Source of the DNA: Candidatus Hecatella orcuttiae
GTDB taxonomy: Archaea; Thermoproteota; Bathyarchaeia; Hecatellales; Hecatellaceae
Assembly (NCBI GenBank): GCA_002011035.2
Contig: MTLY02000003.1
Span: 640,001 to 704,000 of the forward strand
Length of the DNA: 64,000 nucleotides
Direction: 5' to 3'
Below the pieces are notes generated by a model that did not search any database, was not told where the DNA came from, and worked only from the letters and a program-made list of their open reading frames with translations. Position 1 is the first letter of the stretch, and each line of letters begins with the position of its first letter. The position numbers and the translations under genes were made by a program. Below, one piece after another: positions 38,105 to 47,345 of this stretch.

Positions 38105-38173
38105 AAAGGAGGAGTATTCACTAAACACCCTCATAAGCTCTGTCAGTTTCTAAACTGGAACTTCACCCCTCAT

Positions 38174-38512
38174 TTATTCAAAGTTCCGACAGATCGGTTT
38201 ATCCAAGAGTGATGGAGAAATCTGTTTTATCCCCTTTTCGAACGTGAACAGACTTTTCGTCTTATCCACTATCACGCCAAGTTTATTCAACTCAGCCTCC
38301 AATGGGCGGACTTCCCCTTCCCTTCCTACTATCGTTTCAGCTCTGAGTCCGAACTCTCCCAAAACCCCGAATGTGTTCTGCCCGTATTCTGTCCTGTCAA
38401 GGTATTCCTTTATAGCCTTCGCCATTTCCGCGTTCAGGTTTCCCTTCTTCCAGCTTTGATTCTTTCTAAGCGTTCTAGCCAGTCGTACAGCGGTTTCCTC
38501 GCCTTCTCCCAA
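38174..38512 (-). CDS. Possible RHH/CopG-like fragment or hypothetical protein
   Basis: 'KKGNLNAEMAKAIKEYL' resembles an RHH helix; overlaps the upstream gene by 79 bp. Confidence 0.3.
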   Translation of the reverse strand: MGEGEETAVRLARTLRKNQSWKKGNLNAEMAKAIKEYLDRTEYGQNTFGVLGEFGLRAETIVGREGEVRPLEAELNKLGVIVDKTKSLFTFEKGIKQISPSLLDKPICRNFE

Positions 38513-39201
38513 TCATAATTCTCCGGAGCCCCGAATGGCTGTTCTCTCAGATAATATTCCTGATCACGGTTTATCTGTTCGATGCCATGTTTGACAGCAG
38601 CGATCATTTCCTCTACAGAGATGTATTTCTCTAGGAAAGAGGCGTATCCATGTGTTTTGATCAAGCTTAGAATGAGTTCCTTATCCCTGCGGACATCGGG
38701 GTCCATCTCTTCGAGAAGCTTTTCGAATGCTACCACTGGAGGAACGTAAATCGTCGCTAAGAACTTCAGTATCACTTCTTTATCTTTTCTCCACCTTGAA
38801 TCCTTGATGACAACTTCTGCTGCGGAACGGGAGTTCGGGGAGCCGGATGAGAGCATTATATCTCTGCATGTTCCATAATCTTCAAGCTTGACTAACGCCC
38901 GTTCGACGTGGGTAAGCCACGGACGATTTTTGTGATAACGATCTCTGTAGTATAATTCTCTGAGGGCTTGGACGGCATCCTCACCGCCTATGTTGGCCAA
39001 CGCCTCCACGCTCACCGGAGTATGTGAGAATTTTGCATATTCTAGGAGAGGTTTAACGGCACGCTTGTCACCAAGTTCTCCCAGCCTCCTAGCAGTCTTC
39101 TCCCCTTCCTTCCCATAACGTCCCCGCTCGGAAAGCGCTTTTTCTAATTTGTCAATGTACTTGGGGACTTGGTCGCCGCGGAATCTGTCTAAGAAGCCCA
39201 T
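38434..39201 (-). CDS. HEAT/PBS-lyase repeat protein
   Basis: 'ARRLGELGDKRAVKPLL', 'ALANIGGEDAVQAL'; N-terminal 'MGFLDRFRG'. Confidence 0.8.
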   Translation of the reverse strand: MGFLDRFRGDQVPKYIDKLEKALSERGRYGKEGEKTARRLGELGDKRAVKPLLEYAKFSHTPVSVEALANIGGEDAVQALRELYYRDRYHKNRPWLTHVERALVKLEDYGTCRDIMLSSGSPNSRSAAEVVIKDSRWRKDKEVILKFLATIYVPPVVAFEKLLEEMDPDVRRDKELILSLIKTHGYASFLEKYISVEEMIAAVKHGIEQINRDQEYYLREQPFGAPENYDWEKARKPLYDWLERLERIKAGRRET

Positions 39202-39356
39202 CCGAATCCAGCAGACGATTGTTTTGCGGTAGATTTAAATGTTTCTAGCCCTGGAGTAAGCTTTGAGATTTGGGCGTAATGTCTTTCACGACTTCGATTC
39301 TACTTATAGATTGAAGATAATCCCTCTTGCTTCGGAGAATGCCTTGCAACCTAGGT

Positions 39357-39815
39357 TCATGTACGTTCTCGGGTAATTGCGGTATCTATACGTAGACAAT
39401 TTAAGTCCTCTTTGAATTCCTCCCACCTTTCCTGCAGCTCCCCTTTCCTCGCAACCCGTTTCCTGATTTTCTTGCCGTCAGGAGCTTCGCCTACTATCGT
39501 TAAGCTTACCTCTTTCTTTCGAGCTCTCAAAGCCCTTCCTCTACTTATCTTTACCTCACCTATCTTCCTGATTACAATTTCTCCCAATGGTCGATGAAGA
39601 ATTACACCTTCTTCAGCGATGGTGATCCTCGTTATCGTAAAGAGCAACAGAGCTGCTGCCATAATGGCCAGCAGAAGAAAGTAGGCAGCAAGAGGTCCGG
39701 AGCTTGGAAGAACTTTGTATCTGTAACTTATTCCAGCAAACATAAGAAGTAGTAGTACTGCACCGGCGTCTTTTCCCAGCCCACCAAGCTTATAGACCTT
39801 CTCCTCCGTACCCAT
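39357..39815 (-). CDS. Two-TM membrane protein; paralogue of 37631-38104
   Basis: Two hydrophobic segments, then 'EEGVIL..VKIS..DGKKIR..WEEFKEDL'. Confidence 0.75.
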   Translation of the reverse strand: MGTEEKVYKLGGLGKDAGAVLLLLMFAGISYRYKVLPSSGPLAAYFLLLAIMAAALLLFTITRITIAEEGVILHRPLGEIVIRKIGEVKISRGRALRARKKEVSLTIVGEAPDGKKIRKRVARKGELQERWEEFKEDLNCLRIDTAITRERT

Positions 39816-39822
39816 AAAGACT

Positions 39823-41208
39823 TCAGCTCCTTCGTCTTCTTCTTACACCAAGATAGAGAGCTCCTGCTACCAAGGCTGTTAGCACGACAGCAAGCACGAC
39901 CGGCATGGTTCCTGCCCAGAATGTGGTGGGTGTAGGTGTGGGCTTCAGAGTGGGCGTAGGTCGGGGTGAAGGCTTCTCTTCTACTATTTCCCACCACCTA
40001 TCGATCTGTCCGGGATCGATCGAAGTTGGGTCTGAGGGTTTGCCGCCAGCTCTCACAACCGAGGTTTCATGCTGTTCTACAAGGACTGTCTTTGTGCGGG
40101 TTAGGTCGGAGAATTCAGCTGAACCCTCGAGGACGATTATGGTTGTAGTTCCATCTTCAGCGACCTCCAAGGAGAGTTCAGTCCCCCTAGTCCAAATCGT
40201 ACTGAACGGAGTTGTTATGAGAAACCTTGCTCCGTCGATCCCAATCCACATCTTACCCCAGGAGAATTCCAGTTCTCTATCCCTTTCCCCACGGCCCAGC
40301 TGCTTGATGCTTACACGTGAGCTCTCTCCAACAACAAGAGAGGCGTTTTCCTCAGGGATGACTATCTTCACCTGCGTTTCCGACGCCGTGATCACGGTGT
40401 CTCCGACTTGAAGCATGGCGTAGTTTTCGTAACGGTACTCACCTGAATACTCATCATACTCTCCGATTCGGTGAGCGTCTATCGTCATCGCTCGTTCTTC
40501 ATCGTCTCTAAGAACCTTGAAGTTGCCGTAGTAGGTGTCGGCGACCACGGAGAGACCCCATGTAGGATAGAGAACCTTCACGACCTCTCCCCCGGCCTTC
40601 ACCGAGTATGGATCTGACTGGTAGCTTGTAAAGAGCACCAGCTTTGGCTTAGGTGTTATAGGAGGCTCGCCCACAGTCTCCTCCACGTACGTGAGCTTTG
40701 CAAACAGCCAGAGCACACCTATCTGCCACGTTCCCCTCCATGTACTCGGTTCACCTTCCCTTGGAAAAAAGACTAAGGACGCCGTTATAGCAGGCTCCTC
40801 GTCGGGGTAAATTGACAGCTGAGGGGGATCTAGGGAAATGGTGCCGGTGATCCCGACCACATATTCGGTGGGGCTTATCTCAGCCGCTACATGGGTGATA
40901 TTTGGGTGATGATGGACGTAGTGTGGCTGCTGAAGTATGACCTTGGCCTTTCCGGCTAGGGGCGCAGATTTCCCCTCACTGCCTACATCCTGCACGGTGA
41001 ACGCCAGCTTAACCGTACACTTCCAGGTTGATGCCTCCTGTCCATGAGCCTCCGTCCATGTAGCTTCTAATTCCCCGCTCCAACTACCCGCATACTTGAA
41101 CCCGGAATCCTCCGCATGTACGCTTGGCACTTGGGTTGAAGCTGTGATCGAGGTTGATAGAGCAACAATCACTATGAGAAATACGGTTGCCAGCGCATGT
41201 TGAGGCAT
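39823..41208 (-). CDS. Secreted, C-terminally anchored protein with a FecR-like domain
   Basis: Signal peptide; FecR pattern 'LQVGDTVIT...GESSRV...GKMW...FLITTP...TRGT...VLEGS'; Pro/Thr linker, TM helix and RRRRR tail. Confidence 0.78.
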   Translation of the reverse strand: MPQHALATVFLIVIVALSTSITASTQVPSVHAEDSGFKYAGSWSGELEATWTEAHGQEASTWKCTVKLAFTVQDVGSEGKSAPLAGKAKVILQQPHYVHHHPNITHVAAEISPTEYVVGITGTISLDPPQLSIYPDEEPAITASLVFFPREGEPSTWRGTWQIGVLWLFAKLTYVEETVGEPPITPKPKLVLFTSYQSDPYSVKAGGEVVKVLYPTWGLSVVADTYYGNFKVLRDDEERAMTIDAHRIGEYDEYSGEYRYENYAMLQVGDTVITASETQVKIVIPEENASLVVGESSRVSIKQLGRGERDRELEFSWGKMWIGIDGARFLITTPFSTIWTRGTELSLEVAEDGTTTIIVLEGSAEFSDLTRTKTVLVEQHETSVVRAGGKPSDPTSIDPGQIDRWWEIVEEKPSPRPTPTLKPTPTPTTFWAGTMPVVLAVVLTALVAGALYLGVRRRRRS

Positions 41209-41390
41209 TTATACACTATCCGCCAAACCTCTTTTAGCAAGGAGAATTTATAAACTTTATATCCACGGCATACAAAGTTTCCAAAACTTGGAGACGTTTA
41301 TAGGCCTGTACAGCATGGAGTCGGGATTCCAACCTTCGCCCTAAGGAGGTTTTGACTTAACTTTCTTGAGGGCTAGCGTCGTCTTGTCAC

Positions 41391-42698
41391 CTATGCTGTT
41401 TCGCCTTTCGTCTCATGTCTCAACACATGAAGTAGCAGACCTTCTCGTAGCCTCTCTGCGTCCGGCTCAAGTTTCTCCGTATAGCTGAATACGTGGCTAC
41501 TGCACTTCCTACATTTCCACACCCATAAAGTCAGGGAATCACTCGTTTCCACCTTATACTCAAACCATTCCTTAATAGGCTTAGAAGACGGTCTCATTCT
41601 AGTTCGGATCTTTTCAAGCGCTTCCGCTGCTTTTCGGCGAACCAATGTACTATCTTTTGCAGTGTAATACGTATTCTCTACGTAGGTCCCATACCATTCG
41701 ACCGTGTCAATTAATGGTTCAACGGCCCTTTCATCCCCAACTTCACCCAAGGCCTCGGCGGCCCATGGTTTAATGTCAACGTCAACTCTGCTCCTTCTCC
41801 AACGGTCATCTGTCAGTACTTTGATGAGTGCTTCAACATCCCTTTCCTTTGTCATTTTATCTATCATCCTCTGAGAAATATATCGAACGGCGCTACGCGC
41901 AGCGTCGCTCACCGGATATTCATACTCGATCCTTGATTCTGAATAGTAGCCAGCTTCGTCTACGTTCTGATCGCTTACATGCCTTTCTTCCTTATACGGA
42001 TCTGAGATTGCCACTTGGAGAAGAAGTTCGATCGCTTGTTCGTTTCCAATTCGGCCCAGTGCTTCAGCCGCGTCTTTGCGTACTCCCCACCAACTGTCTT
42101 TAAGAGCTTCGATCAGAGGAGGCACCGCCCAAGCGCCACCTATTCTTTTCACCATTTCGACAACGGTATCCTTCCCGGGGACTTCCCTAGAGTCTTTACC
42201 AAGGGTCTTGGCCAATTGCCTGAAGGCAGGTTCACCGAGTTCTGCCAGCACATCGGCGGCAATGTCGGTGGGCACTTTACCGCAATATTTGATAAGGGTT
42301 GCGATGGCTTTCTCATCACCCTCCTTTCCTAGGTTAGCAAGGTCTTTAAATGCCCTAACACACTCTTCCTCTCCGAAATCCCCAAGCTCCCAGGCCAGTG
42401 CCTCTACGGTCGAGCTGTTCATCGCTCTCAACGCTTCAGCAGCACATCGGCATATCTGAACATATGCATCTTGATATGCACGCCAGTCCTTAGATGGTAT
42501 GCGGTGGGGGTCGTGCTGTTGAAGCGTTTTGCACAACGGTTCCACGGCGCGTCTATCACCAATTCGACCTAACGCTCGGGCAGCTCCGGCGCGAACATCT
42601 AGGTCCCTATGGTTGAGCGCCTTTACCAATCCCTCAACATTCCGTTTCCGCTCCATCTTCTCGATATCGGGCTTGCCGAATATTCCCATTTTTGTCAC
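41391..42698 (-). CDS. HEAT/PBS-lyase repeat protein with C-terminal C2H2-like zinc finger
   Basis: Repeats 'AARALGRIGDRRAVEPL', 'AAEALGRIG', 'AAEALGEVGDERAVEPL'; C-terminal 'CRKC...HVLRH'. Confidence 0.88.
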   Translation of the reverse strand: MTKMGIFGKPDIEKMERKRNVEGLVKALNHRDLDVRAGAARALGRIGDRRAVEPLCKTLQQHDPHRIPSKDWRAYQDAYVQICRCAAEALRAMNSSTVEALAWELGDFGEEECVRAFKDLANLGKEGDEKAIATLIKYCGKVPTDIAADVLAELGEPAFRQLAKTLGKDSREVPGKDTVVEMVKRIGGAWAVPPLIEALKDSWWGVRKDAAEALGRIGNEQAIELLLQVAISDPYKEERHVSDQNVDEAGYYSESRIEYEYPVSDAARSAVRYISQRMIDKMTKERDVEALIKVLTDDRWRRSRVDVDIKPWAAEALGEVGDERAVEPLIDTVEWYGTYVENTYYTAKDSTLVRRKAAEALEKIRTRMRPSSKPIKEWFEYKVETSDSLTLWVWKCRKCSSHVFSYTEKLEPDAERLREGLLLHVLRHETKGETA

Positions 42699-42746
42699 TC
42701 ACTTTTCATTAAGCTTTATTCCCATTTTGGCCGAAACATCTTCCCC

Positions 42747-43496
42747 TTATGGAAGCCAGCCACCTATGTTTATCCAAGCGTGCTCCAAGTCGATTTCATC
42801 AGCGGGGGATTTCTTCACGATGTGCCAAGCCAGTTTCATCAAATCTTTTCCGCCCATCTCATACAGTTCTTCCCCTATCTTCCTAGCTCGGATGTTCTTC
42901 CTCCTCTCCATTCCGCGCCCTTCTGGATAGAAACTGGGACCCTTTCCAAAGTATCCTTGAGTTACTCCTATTGAGATCAACTCCGTGACCAGTCTTTCAA
43001 ACTCCTCAAGTCTGTCGCCAGGAGTCACAACAGTCGTTATGATTTTCGCCTTCTTCTTGTAGATGATCTCGACGACGGCCCGCTGAAACACCTGGACCTT
43101 GTATATGCTTAGCTTTCTCCCAATTCCAAACACCCCCTTCCTACCTGGGGACGCCAATTCAACGCTTCTCAGCGACGCAGTATCGTCAATCCTTTTTTTC
43201 GCTCTCTTCTTGGCGTCCTCTTCATCGAGCGCTTCGATTGTAAACTCCTTCTTTCCAGAAGACAGGTAAACTTTCTTGTCTAGGACTTCTCCATCAGCGG
43301 GTACATCTTTTCTTGCCTTCTCGAAGGCTTCCTCGACCGTTTGCGCAACAGACCTTATCGTTTTGGGCTTTCCATCGGAAATGATCTTCGAGTCTAATTT
43401 CAAGAGAGGACCCATGATCGATAGTATCTCGCGCTTAACTTGTTTCCTGGCCTCTGCCAGAGATTCACCTTCGCCCACTATCTTTAGCGTAGTCAT
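42747..43496 (-). CDS. Protein with repeated Jag_N-like modules and a C-terminal 'IGEEL..GG..LM..AW..IGGW' domain
   Basis: 'AQTVEEAFEKA', 'ALDEEDAKKRA...VELASPGRKGVFGIGRK...YKVQV'. Confidence 0.65.
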   Translation of the reverse strand: MTTLKIVGEGESLAEARKQVKREILSIMGPLLKLDSKIISDGKPKTIRSVAQTVEEAFEKARKDVPADGEVLDKKVYLSSGKKEFTIEALDEEDAKKRAKKRIDDTASLRSVELASPGRKGVFGIGRKLSIYKVQVFQRAVVEIIYKKKAKIITTVVTPGDRLEEFERLVTELISIGVTQGYFGKGPSFYPEGRGMERRKNIRARKIGEELYEMGGKDLMKLAWHIVKKSPADEIDLEHAWINIGGWLP

Positions 43497-44028
43497 CTTA
43501 TCGCCCCTCTGGTATTAAATATACCACATTCGGAACATCTTTCAGGTACCCTTTTTTCCGCATGCGTGTCTTCTCCCAAAAACAGCTTATCAAATATTCC
43601 CAACCTTTGTTCACCTAGAGCTCATAATATGAAAGCCTACTAACATTTATTAAATGAGTAGTACTTCACCTAATGGGGCATCTCATGACTAAGGGCCATA
43701 TGAAGGATTCAGGTATAAGGCGTTGGCTTCACGAAGTGAACGGCATCAAGCCATGGGAGTAAGCATTATGAGCGCTTCGCCAACAGTAAAAAATAACATC
43801 TACAAAACAGGAGTCCTCTACGGGATTAACGTAAAGGAAAACATATACCAAGACTCAGCTCACGGTACTGCTTACACCTTGCTTGATAAGTATACCCCTA
43901 GTATCCGTGGGAGAAATTAGCATGCCAACCCTCCTATTAACGGCTGCTACAGGAGCCTTCGTGTTTTTCACGATTATCTTAACAGCGGGACAACCACCAT
44001 AAAAAATCTGAAATGAAAGGAGATAAAA

Positions 44029-45654
44029 ATGAGTGAGCCACCAACCTTAGTAAAATTAGAGGAAACATTACAACTCATCGAAAAAACCAGAACAGCAGAA
44101 TCACCGAGCCAAAAAGTTGAATTTTTAAAGAAAACTGCTGACCAAATTTTACCTTACATTAAACAATGGAAGCCCATTTATTTACGATTAGAATCTGGAT
44201 TTGAAGAAGAAACCATAACCGGGCCGCCACCCTATAGAAGACCCATAGAAACAATTATAAAAGAATACGTAAAAGAAAGTGGCAAACATGCAGATAAAGG
44301 TATTCTTCTCTACGAGCAGCCGATAGCAAATCGTAAAATTGGAGAGATATGCGAGATTTGGCTTCTTCGCTCTGGGCGTTTACTCCTAATAGAAACATTA
44401 AGCTGCGAATATAACGCTGGATATTGGGGTGGATATAAAGACGAAACTCATTATCCGAATACCTACAAATGGTCAGGGAAAGCTACGAAAACAGTTGACC
44501 CCGATGAGTTAGTTTCAAGATCAGATGAAATTGTGAAAGGTTTCGTTCAAATAATAAAGGATATCTTATTTACTATCAAAGAGGTTGAGGAAGGCCAACA
44601 AAAAACCCTATTTTATATTTTAGAAACTTTATTATCAGAGAATATAACCATCGATAGATTTCTTGAACAGCTGTCATCTAAATCTACATCCACCATTGGC
44701 AAATATCTCTTTGAAGGAAATGTTTTTAACACGCTCTCTAGAAGTCTGCTTTTATCTTTAATATCTGCCGGTGTTCTTGCAAAAGTTGGAAAAAATGTGA
44801 TCACGCCTTTGATTAAAAAGTTTAACGAGGCAGGTGAAAAAGACTCTGAACTTTGTTTGGAGATAATCAATGTTCTTTTAAAGATCGACGATGGTGATGA
44901 TACCACTGAGTTTCTCATAAAAGCAGTTGAAGAAGGTATTGGTTATAGATGGGGCAACTCCGTCATAGCCAGAAATGTTGCGGCTAAATTAGGGGAAATA
45001 GGTGATGAGAGAGCATACTTACCCCTCCTCAAATCTCTCAAAGGCCTTTCTCTCATAAAGGATGATGACCTGAGATTCAAAGCAATTCGGTCAACTGAAG
45101 AAGCACTGCTCAAAGTCGCGAGCAAGTTAACCGCAAAGTCTATCGAACCCCTAATTCAAGCTCTCAATGATACTGATTATAAAACACGCTTGTGGGCGGT
45201 GGTAGGATTAGGTGAAATTGGGGATGAGAAAGCAACGGAACATCTTATCAAAATCTTAGACGATGAAACTTGGGGAATAAGAGACAACGCAGTTGTGGCG
45301 CTAATGAAAATCGGGGGCGAAAAAGTGCTCAATGTTGTTATCCAAACCCTGATCGAAACGCTCGATGAGCCTTTTGATTTTAGGTGTAAGCAGGCGATAA
45401 TTAAATTAGGAGAAATTGGAGATGAAAGAGCAGCAGAGCCTCTTATCAAAATCTTAAACGAAAACACAAAGGTAGAACTTAGAATAGAAGCGGCAAAGGC
45501 TCTTGGCAGGATTGGTAGTGAAAAAGCTATAGGTGCTCTTGTCCAAGTTTACAAGAAAGATAGAGACAAACAGTTACAGTCTGTTGCAAAGGAAATCCTA
45601 GATAGGCTGGGCAAACGACCTAAATCTCGATTTGAGAAAATGTTTGGAAGATAA
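44029..45654 (+). CDS. HEAT/PBS-lyase repeat protein with unique N-terminal domain
   Basis: Several 'LGEIGDE(R/K)A..PL' repeats; AAGGAG SD; AT-rich. Confidence 0.88.
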   Translation: MSEPPTLVKLEETLQLIEKTRTAESPSQKVEFLKKTADQILPYIKQWKPIYLRLESGFEEETITGPPPYRRPIETIIKEYVKESGKHADKGILLYEQPIANRKIGEICEIWLLRSGRLLLIETLSCEYNAGYWGGYKDETHYPNTYKWSGKATKTVDPDELVSRSDEIVKGFVQIIKDILFTIKEVEEGQQKTLFYILETLLSENITIDRFLEQLSSKSTSTIGKYLFEGNVFNTLSRSLLLSLISAGVLAKVGKNVITPLIKKFNEAGEKDSELCLEIINVLLKIDDGDDTTEFLIKAVEEGIGYRWGNSVIARNVAAKLGEIGDERAYLPLLKSLKGLSLIKDDDLRFKAIRSTEEALLKVASKLTAKSIEPLIQALNDTDYKTRLWAVVGLGEIGDEKATEHLIKILDDETWGIRDNAVVALMKIGGEKVLNVVIQTLIETLDEPFDFRCKQAIIKLGEIGDERAAEPLIKILNENTKVELRIEAAKALGRIGSEKAIGALVQVYKKDRDKQLQSVAKEILDRLGKRPKSRFEKMFGR

Positions 45655-45960
45655 CGGTCAAATTAAATAGCGCTACACTTGCAAGCTAGCTGATTTAAGG
45701 AAAATGCTATCAAATTAGGAGTAGGTAAACTATTCTGATTAAGACCCTTTATCCCAATGTTCTTCATATGTTGTCAACTGCCTCACCGTTTACACTCCAT
45801 GCTTCTACGACCTACACTGCAGCTGAACAGCAGGGACAGCCGCTTTAGGGGCGGTGGGCGTCTCAAAAATTAAGCCAGCTGTTTAGTGAACTATGCAATA
45901 AACCTGCTATCTCCGCCACTATCCAATAAATTTAACCCGTTCCTTTTTTCTTCCTAGACC

Positions 45961-46335
45961 TTAAGAAAAATAGTGAGTTGAATAGAGGCATGTTCGTCCA
46001 AGCCTTTTCAGGGGCGCCTCACCCCAGGGGTGGGGTTTCGAGACACCGTGAGTCTGACGTTCTAATGCTTTTTTGACGGCTTCAAGTTCACCACGGACCA
46101 TTTTGAGTCTAAGGCCTTGTCTTAGAACGAAGTGTTTCCGATGCCTAGCAACGGCATCCTTGCTCACCGGCACGCCTAAGGCGCAAACTTTGGCGGCTAT
46201 CTGGCGTAGAGATATTCCTCGCTCTGTCTGACCCTTCACGGCTACCTGAAGCTTCGGAGGCGGGCTGCAAATCTTACAGGGACGCCCACCTTTACCCTGT
46301 CTTGAACTAACTCCCCTCAGCGATAAGTTATCTTA
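45961..46335 (-). pseudogene. Degenerate CxxC-HTH-HxxH protein, probably a mobile-element relic
   Basis: The frame extends upstream of the ORF call to 'GRPCKICSPP...GISLRQIAAK...VSKDAVARHRKH'; no canonical start precedes the CxxC. Confidence 0.45.
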
Positions 46336-46557
46336 CTGTTGAATATCTCCAGCAGCAAAGTAGCCCTAGGAGATTATGAGAAATAAGAAAATTGTTCCTT
46401 AGTTCTTATGAAGATTCAAGATCGGATGTAAATCCGCCTGCGTGCTGGCTAGGTTTGCCGGGTACTCCGACATAGGAGGGGTCTGAACAAGCTGTTCGAA
46501 GCGGCAAAACTCCTAACAAAATCACAGGAACAGTAAAGGTTTGAATGACTGTCGGGA

Positions 46558-47214
46558 TTATGTCAACATCTTGCCCAACTCTGATGCTTGGATTTGGATT
46601 TTTCTGCCTTCCCTCCTAAGAGTGACGAACCCATCGGATGCCAACCTCCGTAGGACCCTTGAAAGAGTTGAGGAGCTTACGTCGAGGGCCTTCAGAAGCT
46701 CGCCTGTTTCCATCATGCCTTCGCTGTTGCCCAGCGTTCTTAAGACCATGCGTTCTGTTTCGCTAAGTTTCCTGAGAAGACCTAGAGGTGTTAGCCTAAC
46801 CGTTCCGGCTGCCCCTTCAAGTTCTAGGTCGGTGAACGAGAGCCTTACCCCATTGATGGCGGAGAGTAAAGCGGCGGTGTAGGCTTCGAGGACGAGGGCC
46901 CGCATCCCCCCGCTGAGGTTGAGGTAGACCTCCCCTCTAGAGGCTTCCCGCTCGATCAGCCCCTTAACCAAGCTTACGGCCTGGACAAAGTCTTCCACCG
47001 GTATGTTTAGGCGTTCGAGGCCTATGGTTCCGCCGGAAATGGCGTTCAGCATTTCCCTCAACTTCTCCATGGCGTTAGAAACTCTGGCCTCGTCCCCGAT
47101 GCCCTTAGGAACGAGGACTACCAGCTTATCGTCCCGGCTAAGCCCCAGCCTAACCACCGGAGCCAAAACCGCAGACTCGGTAAAGCCGAAAGTGTTAATG
47201 AAAGTCTTAGACAA
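46558..47214 (-). CDS. csa3: Csa3 CARF-wHTH CRISPR regulator
   Basis: 'TFGF', 'YLNLSGGMRAL', C-terminal wHTH 'SSSTLSRVLRRL..GFV'; divergent from csa5. Confidence 0.9.
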   Translation of the reverse strand: MSKTFINTFGFTESAVLAPVVRLGLSRDDKLVVLVPKGIGDEARVSNAMEKLREMLNAISGGTIGLERLNIPVEDFVQAVSLVKGLIEREASRGEVYLNLSGGMRALVLEAYTAALLSAINGVRLSFTDLELEGAAGTVRLTPLGLLRKLSETERMVLRTLGNSEGMMETGELLKALDVSSSTLSRVLRRLASDGFVTLRREGRKIQIQASELGKMLT

Positions 47215-47248
47215 GCTTCAGCCTCCCAATTTCACTTATTAGGAAAAC

Positions 47249-47305
47249 ATTTCATAAAATTGAAATATAGGCTTTTCTATTTCAAAATACCGAAAAATTT
47301 AAAAA
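47249..47305. promoter_or_regulatory. Palindromic operators plus BRE/TATA in the csa3/csa5 divergent promoter
   Basis: ATTTCA-N6-TGAAAT (47249-66), ATTTCA-N6-CGAAAA (47279-96), TTTAAAAA (47298-305). Confidence 0.6.
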
Positions 47306-47345
47306 GCATATAAGACCCAAAAATATTTTTACGGGGGCCCTAATT

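Noticed and set aside
41320-41334. GTCGGGATTCCAACC resembles the reverse complement of the tRNA-Lys T arm (possible att remnant)
   Set aside because: Only 13 of 15 nt match, and it is inverted, whereas an attR would be a direct repeat.
43723-43920. 65-aa ORF between the divergent island genes
   Set aside because: TTG start, no motif and no clear translation signals.
45836-46040. GC hairpins (CCGC-TTTAGGG-GCGG; CACCCC-A-GGGGTG) reminiscent of IS200/IS605 ends
   Set aside because: No tnpA or tnpB coding remnant recognised; too weak to call.
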